In this document: in pieces, positions 55,996-64,000 of the stretch
How the letters are laid out: every line of letters begins with the position of its first letter
How positions within the stretch are numbered: the first letter of the stretch is position 1
DNA from: Octopus sinensis
Taxonomy: Eukaryota
Assembly (NCBI RefSeq): GCF_006345805.1
Contig: NC_043001.1
Location: forward strand, 61,876,001-61,940,000
DNA length: 64,000 nt
Direction of reading: 5' to 3'
Made by a program: the position numbers and the translations under genes
Notes under the pieces: generated by a model
Databases searched by the model: none
What the model saw: only the letters and a program-made list of their open reading frames with translations
What the model was told of the DNA's origin: nothing

Positions 55996-57288
55996 CGAGG
56001 GTCGGCTGAAAAGTTCATAGGATGACCAAGATACTTTCATGAGATGTGACCAAATGAGATTTATCTTTCAACATAGTCTCCCTCGCGGTCCACACACTTC
56101 TTCCGTCAGTGTTGCACTGCTTCGATCCCATTGATGTAGAAGCTTTCATCCTGTTGGTCAAAAGCATCATCAACGGCAGATATGGCGTCATAATCACAGT
56201 GCACTGCGATACTACTTCCCAGTCAAGTGTTTTTTCATTTTGGGAAACTGATCATAGTGAGATGGGATCAAATCAGAAGAATCAACCAGTTCAAAACTAC
56301 AGACATGCACAGCTGCCATTGAAACCAAGGGCGTGTGTGCTGGAGCTTTCTCCTGGTGATATGAGAGCCCTTTCATCAGTTTTCTTGGGTGTTTGGAATT
56401 GATAGCCTTTCGTAACTACCTCAGCAAGTTGGCATAGTACTCTCCATTGATGCTGTGACTCTTTTGAAGATATTCAATAAACGCAAAACCTGAGGTCGTC
56501 TGCTTCCCAAAACCTGAGACTATCTGTTTCCCCGAAGATGAAACAACCTTGGCCTTCTTTGGCGCAGGTGAGAACGGGTGTTTCCACTGCATGGATTGTC
56601 TCATTGTCTCTGATTCAAAATTATGAACCCAACACTCATCCTAGCTCGGGAAACATTGAAGGAAAACAAGCTGGATCTGCCTCAAACAATGTCAATTTTT
56701 TTCCGTGATGTAATCAGCCTGGTGCACTTTCGGTCGGATGTTAGAAGATGTAGCACCCACCGAGCAGAAACTTTCATCATGTCATGTTCATTTTGCAGAA
56801 TATTCTCAAGTTCCTCACAGGATACGCTAATAACATCGGTTATTTGGTTTATAGCCAATTGTCTCTAAGCCATCGTTATGTGGTGAACACGATCAATGTT
56901 CTCGGTAGTGGCAGTTTCAGGTCTTCTTGATCTTGAGTCATCTTCAATACTCTCCCCTCCCCTTCAAAATTCAGCTACCCACTTTTGAACAGTTGATACA
57001 GTTGGGGTGTCATCCCCTAATGTAACAAACCTGTCAGTATGAATGTCCTTTGGGCTAAAACCTTTTTCCGCAGATACTTGATAAGACCACGATGCCAAAT
57101 TTTGTCCATTTTCCAGAGAAGTCACAAGTAGTTACATTTGAAGTGTTATTTAAATAATCCGATGTCAGTTTACCTATAAGAAACCATGCAGTTATTGACA
57201 AGAAGAGTTGAAATTAATGCATGCAAGATTTCACTGCCTTAGTATCACACCTTCATAGTCAGCCTATGAACTTATCAGCCCACCCTCG
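55996..57288 (-). mobile_element. Full-length decayed mariner, second family
   Basis: TIRs CGAGGGTCGGCTGAAAAGTTCATAGG / CCTATGAACTTATCAGCCCACCCTCG with TA flanks; QSMQWKH..SPAPKKAK, INGEYYANLL. Confidence 0.9.
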
Positions 57289-57494
57289 TATGAGTAAGTA
57301 TGTATTCATGTAAGTATGGCATGTATGTATGTGAACATGTATGTATTTTATGTGTGTATTATGTATGTATGTATATATGTATGTTTGTGTATGTGTATGT
57401 ATGCATGTATGTATGTATACAGGCATGCATGTATGTATACATGTATACATATATGCATGTAAGTGAAAGAAAAATTGAGAATAAGAGAATATAT

Positions 57495-57678
57495 AGGCAC
57501 AGGCGTGATTGTGTGGTAAGAAGCTTGCCTTCCAACCACACGGTTCTGAGTTCAGTCCCACTGCATGACACATTGGACAAGTGTATTCTACTATAGCCTC
57601 GGGCCGACCAGAACCTTGTGAGTGGATTTGGTAGACATAAACCGAAAGAATCCCGTCGTGTGTGTGTTTGTGTGTGTG

Positions 57679-57716
<38 letters not shown>

Positions 57717-57920
57717 CTGTCCCCCACTGCTTGACAACCTGTGTTGCTGTGTTTACGTCCCCGATATATTGCGGTTCGGCAAAAGGGACCGATAGAATAA
57801 GTACTCTAGGCTTACAAAGAATAAGTCCTGAGGTCGATCTTTTCGACTAAAGGCAGTTCGACTAAAGGCAGTACTCCAGCATGACCACAATCAAATGACT
57901 GAAACAAGTAAAAGAATAAA
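57495..57920 (+). mobile_element. SINE family 1 copy
   Basis: Head-to-tail family match. Confidence 0.85.
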
Positions 57921-58129
57921 AGAAAAAAATATATATTTCAAATTAGCTGTAATTTCAGGGAGCTGCTGGGCCATTTACATAACTTCAACAACTTACAAAA
58001 ACAGTTATTAAATAATCGGTCAACGAATATATTTCTAAATGACAAGTGGAAACAATCATGGAAGGCTGTGTATTTGATTGAACATTTGATGAGATTTAAA
58101 CCATTGATGTAAAAACCCGGAAGATGAGA

Positions 58130-58330
58130 CCTTGGTTCAAATGCTTGAACAGCCAAGCACAAGTACTTTGTCGGCAGAACTTGGTACTTAACAAAGCACC
58201 GTCAATCACCACCATAAGCTCGGCCTTGCAGCAGACTGGCATTCAGTTCAGGAATTTTTGTCTGTCCACTTATTTTGTTGGGTGGCATTGTGACATCAAG
58301 CGTATGAGTGTATGTTCCTGTGAGTCCTCT
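58130..58330 (+). mobile_element. Old mariner-like fragment
   Basis: LSAELGT..STVNHH.HKLG resembles a mariner HTH. Confidence 0.4.
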
Positions 58331-58591
58331 TATATAAGCTCTTCGGGTTGACATAAACGCAGATCACCAGTAATGATATTTTCACTACTAATACTGTTAG
58401 CCTCATAAGGTAATGCTTGGCATTCTTAGTTTCTAAACATTTTTCCAGTCTGACTGTTGTTATTTCATAGTAGATTTCTGTTTGCGTGAGATCATATCCT
58501 CCTAGAAAGCAAGATAGATTCTATCTAAATCTGCTTGGGCTGATGACTTCGATACACTGTTAACTGTTTCCTATTTTTTTTTTGTTTACTC

Positions 58592-58992
58592 TTTTACTCT
58601 TTTACTTGTTTCAGTCATTTGACTGCGGCCATGCTGGAGCACCGCCTTTAATCGAGCAACTCGACCCCGGGACTTATTCTTTTGTAAGCCCAGGACTTAT
58701 ACTATCGGTCTCTTTTGCCGAACCGCTAAGTAACGGGGACATAAACACACCAACATCGGTTGTCAAGCAATGCTAGGGGGACAAACACAGACACACAAAC
58801 CCACACATATATATATATACATATATACGACGGGCTTCTTTCAGTTTCCGTCTACTAAATCCACTCACAAGGCTTTGGTCGGCCCGAGGCTATAGTAGAA
58901 GACACTTAGCTAAGGTGCCACGCAGTGGGACTGAACCCGGAAACATGTGGTTGGTAAACAAGCTACTTACCACAAAGCCACTCCTGCACCTA
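58592..58992 (-). mobile_element. SINE family 1 copy (young)
   Basis: Reverse-complement family match. Confidence 0.9.
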
Positions 58993-59140
58993 TTTGTTTG
59001 GTTTTTTTTTTTCTAAAATTTATAACTGGTATAAGTAGCATACTTAACCTTATCTTCTAGCATTAAGTCCAAATTTTAGCATTAGTCTAACTTTTCTGCA
59101 GTACTCTTCCATACTTTTTCTTTCATTTCTGTGTGTTGTA

Positions 59141-60410
59141 CGAGGGGCGTTCAATAAGTAATGCCTCTGACCCACTTCCCATAGCAGTAGAGCAACGAAA
59201 CTTGGCACAGTTATTAGTATTTTTCTACATAGGAACCACCCAGAGTTACGCATTTCTCCCATCGTTTGATGCAGCTCTGAAGACCGTTTTTATAGACGAC
59301 TCCAGCTTGGTCCTCCAACCACGACGTGACTTCAGAAAACAAGGCTGCATCATCTGGGAAACGCTTTCCTTTCAAAAACAACTTCATGGCTGGGAAGAGG
59401 TGAAAATCAGAGGGTGCAGGTCAGGAGAGTAGGGAGAATGGGGGATGAGTTCATAGCTGCACGCCTGTGCTTCTGATCTGGCGACACGCGAGTTGTGGAC
59501 CGGAGCGTTGTCCTGCAGGAGGAGGATGCCTTTGCTGATCTTGCCCCGCCTCTTGATTTTGATAGCTTCTCTTAATTTCCTCTCCTGTAATTGTGGCACC
59601 CTTTGCCAAGAAATCTGTCATCACTACTCCGTCCTGGTCCCAGAAGACTGTGAGCATGACCTTGCCAGCGGAGGGCTGCACCCTTGCCTTCTTTGGAGGA
59701 GGTGAATCACGGTGCTTCCACTGCATTGACTGGGCTTTGGTCTCTAGATCATAGTGATGGACCCAGGTTTCATCCTGTGTAATCAGTCTTTTGAAAAATT
59801 TTGACTCATCTTCTTGGCACATCTTCAAATTCATCCTCGCGCAATCGACGCGTTCTTGCTTCTGGAAAGGCGTGAGCAGCCTGGGAATCCATCTGGCAGA
59901 CACCTTTTGCATATGCAAATGGTCATGAATGATAGTTTCCACAGACCCGGTACTAATCTTGACCTCATGGGCTATTTCGCGAATAATTATGCGTCGATCT
60001 TCCAAAATGGCAGCCTCAACTTGACGGACAGATGCCTCATCAATGGCAGAAGGGGGCGACCAGATCTGGGAGCTGTTTCCACAGAGTTCCGACCATGTTT
60101 GAATTCACGATGCCAGCGTTTTACAAGGTCATATGATGGGGCATCATCACCATAAGTTACTTTTATTTCATCAAAAGTCTCCCGTGGTGTGCGTCCTTTC
60201 AAATACAAAAACCGCATCACTGCTCGACACTCAACAGGCTCGTTTCACACTTGACTCAGTTCAAACACCTGTAAATCAGAAACCACAATTAGTTCAGAGC
60301 TGTAATTTGCCACTTAATCTATAGAGATATAAATAATTGGACATGCAAACTTTCAGCTAGATCAAACAACTGCAAGTGGGTCAGAGGCATTACTTATTGA
60401 ACGCCCCTCG
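59141..60410 (-). mobile_element. Full-length mariner, same family as 43144-44434, with an internal deletion of about 20 bp
   Basis: Identical TIRs, TA flanks, ITQDETWVHH and LLQDNAPVH. Confidence 0.95.
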
Positions 60411-60555
60411 TATTTTATAAGTGATTGTGGCCTAATTTTCTAATTTCAGTGTCTATGGCTAGTGCTATATTCTCAGTGCTGGTTAATTTATCTATTCTCA
60501 AAGTTGACTTGGTACATTTTATGCTCATCCATATGTCTGTGCTGAAATTGACATA

Positions 60556-61079
60556 GGCGCATGAATGGCTGTGTGGTAAGAAGCTCACTTCCCAACCACA
60601 TGGCTCCAGGTTCAGTTCCACTGCGTGGCACGTTGGACAAGTGTCTTCTACTATAACTTCGGGCCGACCAAAGCCTTGTGAGTGGATTTAGTAGACGGAA
60701 ACTGAATGAAGCCCGTCGTATACATATATATATGTGTGTGTGTGTATAGATATTTATGTGTGTGTGTCTTTGCGTCTGTGTTTGTCCCCATACCATCGCT
60801 TGACAACCGATGTTGGTGTGTTTACATCCCGTTAACAGTTCAGCAAAAGAGACCGATAGAACAAGTCCTGGGGTCGCTTTCTTCGACTAAAAAAGCCTTT
60901 AAGGTGGTGCTCCAGCATGGCCACAGTCAAATAGCTGAAACATGTAAAAGAAAAATAGAATAAAAGAATAATTTCCCACATAGGCGCATGAGTGGCTGTT
61001 TGATAAGAAGCTTGCTTCCCAACCACTTGTGAGTGGATTTGGTAGACGGAAACTGAAAGAAGCCCGTCGTATATGTGTT

Positions 61080-61110
<31 letters not shown>

Positions 61111-61739
61111 GCGTGTGCGTATGTGTGTATATTTGTATGTGTCTGTGTTTGCCTCTCCCCCCCCCCCGCCATCCTTTGACAACCGATGTTGATGTGTTTA
61201 TGTCCCCGTAACATAGCGGTTCGGCAAAAGAGACTGATAGAATAAGTACTAGGCTTACAAAAAATGAGTCCTGGGGTCAATTTGTTCGTCTGAAGGCGGT
61301 GCTCCAGCATGGCCACAGTCAAATGACTGAAACAAGTAAAAGAATAAAAGAATTGCTTTTATTCATTAAAAAGATTAAAAGTCGACCCTATACATGAGAT
61401 AATTTATAATTTGTCCATAGTATATGTACCGGGTGGTGAGTCGTAAAGGAAGAAAAGTAGGGAGGATAATGAGACTCCTTAGAAAATTCCCATTTTTAAG
61501 GACACAGGGCTGGTTTGAATGGACTTCTCCCATTTTTTCAATATTAGGTTAGTTTTCTACTTTATCATCCATATGTCTGTGCTGAAATTGACATAGGCGC
61601 ATGAATGGCTGTGTGGTAAGAAGCTCACTTCCCAACCACATGGCTCCAGGTTCAGTTCCACTGCGTGGCACGTTGGACAAGTGTCTTCTACTATAACTTC
61701 GGGCCGACCAAAGCCTTGTGAGTGGATTTAGTAGACGGA
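60556..61739 (+). mobile_element. Three head-to-tail SINE family 1 copies (60556-60960, 60982-61345, 61596-61739)
   Basis: Family matches; the third duplicates the first together with its flank. Confidence 0.85.
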
Positions 61740-61849
61740 TACACTTCAGCAATATTAGGACTATTTCATTTATGTGGCATGATTCTAGTGACCATGACTA
61801 TCGAAAGCTTTCTGATAGTCAATCCATACTATAGAGAGGTTTGGTTTCC

Positions 61850-62235
61850 TTTTTACAATTTTCTATAAAGGCCCGGTTCAGCACTAGCTACACTTTGCAA
61901 CTATGCAAAACCTTCCGGTGCCTTTTTTGTTCTGGTAAAGTATTATTGTTTTCTCAATGTGTAACTGACCGATTGTGCGCTATTGATATGAGAGCTTTAG
62001 ATGTTAGTGATGGGCATGTTACTGGTCTATAAATTTGAGGGTGTATAGCGTTTTGCTTGTGGGGTTAGAGTGTTTTTATCCTTACTAGCATCCAGCCAAG
62101 TGATGAGACTGATCTGTTATGCATTTTGTTACGTGCAGCCGCTATGAGTTCATGGGTATTGGTGAGGAGTTTCAACCTAGAGTTGGAGACCATATCTATT
62201 TCTGATGCCTTCCAGTTCTCACTGTGTCAGGGATT
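61850..62235 (-). mobile_element. Decayed Dong-type RT fragment
   Basis: PQIYRPVTCPSLTSKAL resembles the NYRPITCL motif. Confidence 0.5.
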
Positions 62236-62254
62236 TCCTTACTGAGGGCTCAAC

Positions 62255-63430
<1,176 letters not shown>

Positions 63431-64000
63431 ATATATTCAAACCTAATGTTGTCTGTTTATATATACTATGTAATTTATATAATTTTCTGCTCTTACATAC
63501 ATCAATTTTCGAAATTGCTTTCATTTCCCCGGTGTTTGCTATCACATAAGTCATGTTTATGTACGCGCATGTTTTTTGAAAACAAATATACACAGCTGAT
63601 GCAATATACGTAGAAGATTGATACACGAATTTATGCATCATTTCTGTTCAGCTTTAATTAATTTTATTTTATTCTGCTTTCATATTTAGTCTTTCCTAAA
63701 GCATGTAATAATTGCCTCTACTTAATTTGAGAAAAAAAAAGAAAATTATTGAAATTATTGTTCGATAATTATAGTAAATCTAATTTCCTTTTTAGATTTC
63801 AATATCGATTTTCAATGTATCAAGATAACAATTCTATTTCCTCGGTATTAATGTGTAGTAATCAGCTTAAAACTGTTCGAGATATTAATAAGGTACAAAA
63901 TATATATCCAAATATTTCGTTTGCGCGGTAAACAATGCGGCAACTGAGAACAAAATCACATCATACTCATTTCCCTCCCTTATCCATCTTTTCGTCACTA

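Overview
AT-rich, microsatellite-dense eukaryotic genomic DNA. The SINE families and (TA/CA/TACA/TAA)n density fit a coleoid cephalopod such as Octopus; this is inferred from recalled repeat families, not a search. I recognise no host gene with confidence, only a few splice-signal-bounded exon candidates (best: 54021-54170, minus strand). The window is mostly mobile elements: about 11 pieces of R4/Dong-type restriction-endonuclease-like (REL) LINEs, many in (TAA)n arrays; two Tx1-like LINE pieces; three Penelope-like (PLE) ORF remnants; a Ty3/Gypsy element with one LTR; a TIR/TSD-complete Chapaev3-like transposon; three full-length mariners; Tigger and Tc1 remnants; and many tRNA-derived SINEs. 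The most unusual signals are two unrelated non-coding inverted-repeat elements (24781-25285 and 52885-53464), each with a type I hammerhead ribozyme fold in both arms on opposite strands. Next to the second is a near-perfect complex inversion (53530-54411) that brackets the best candidate exon while omitting it.
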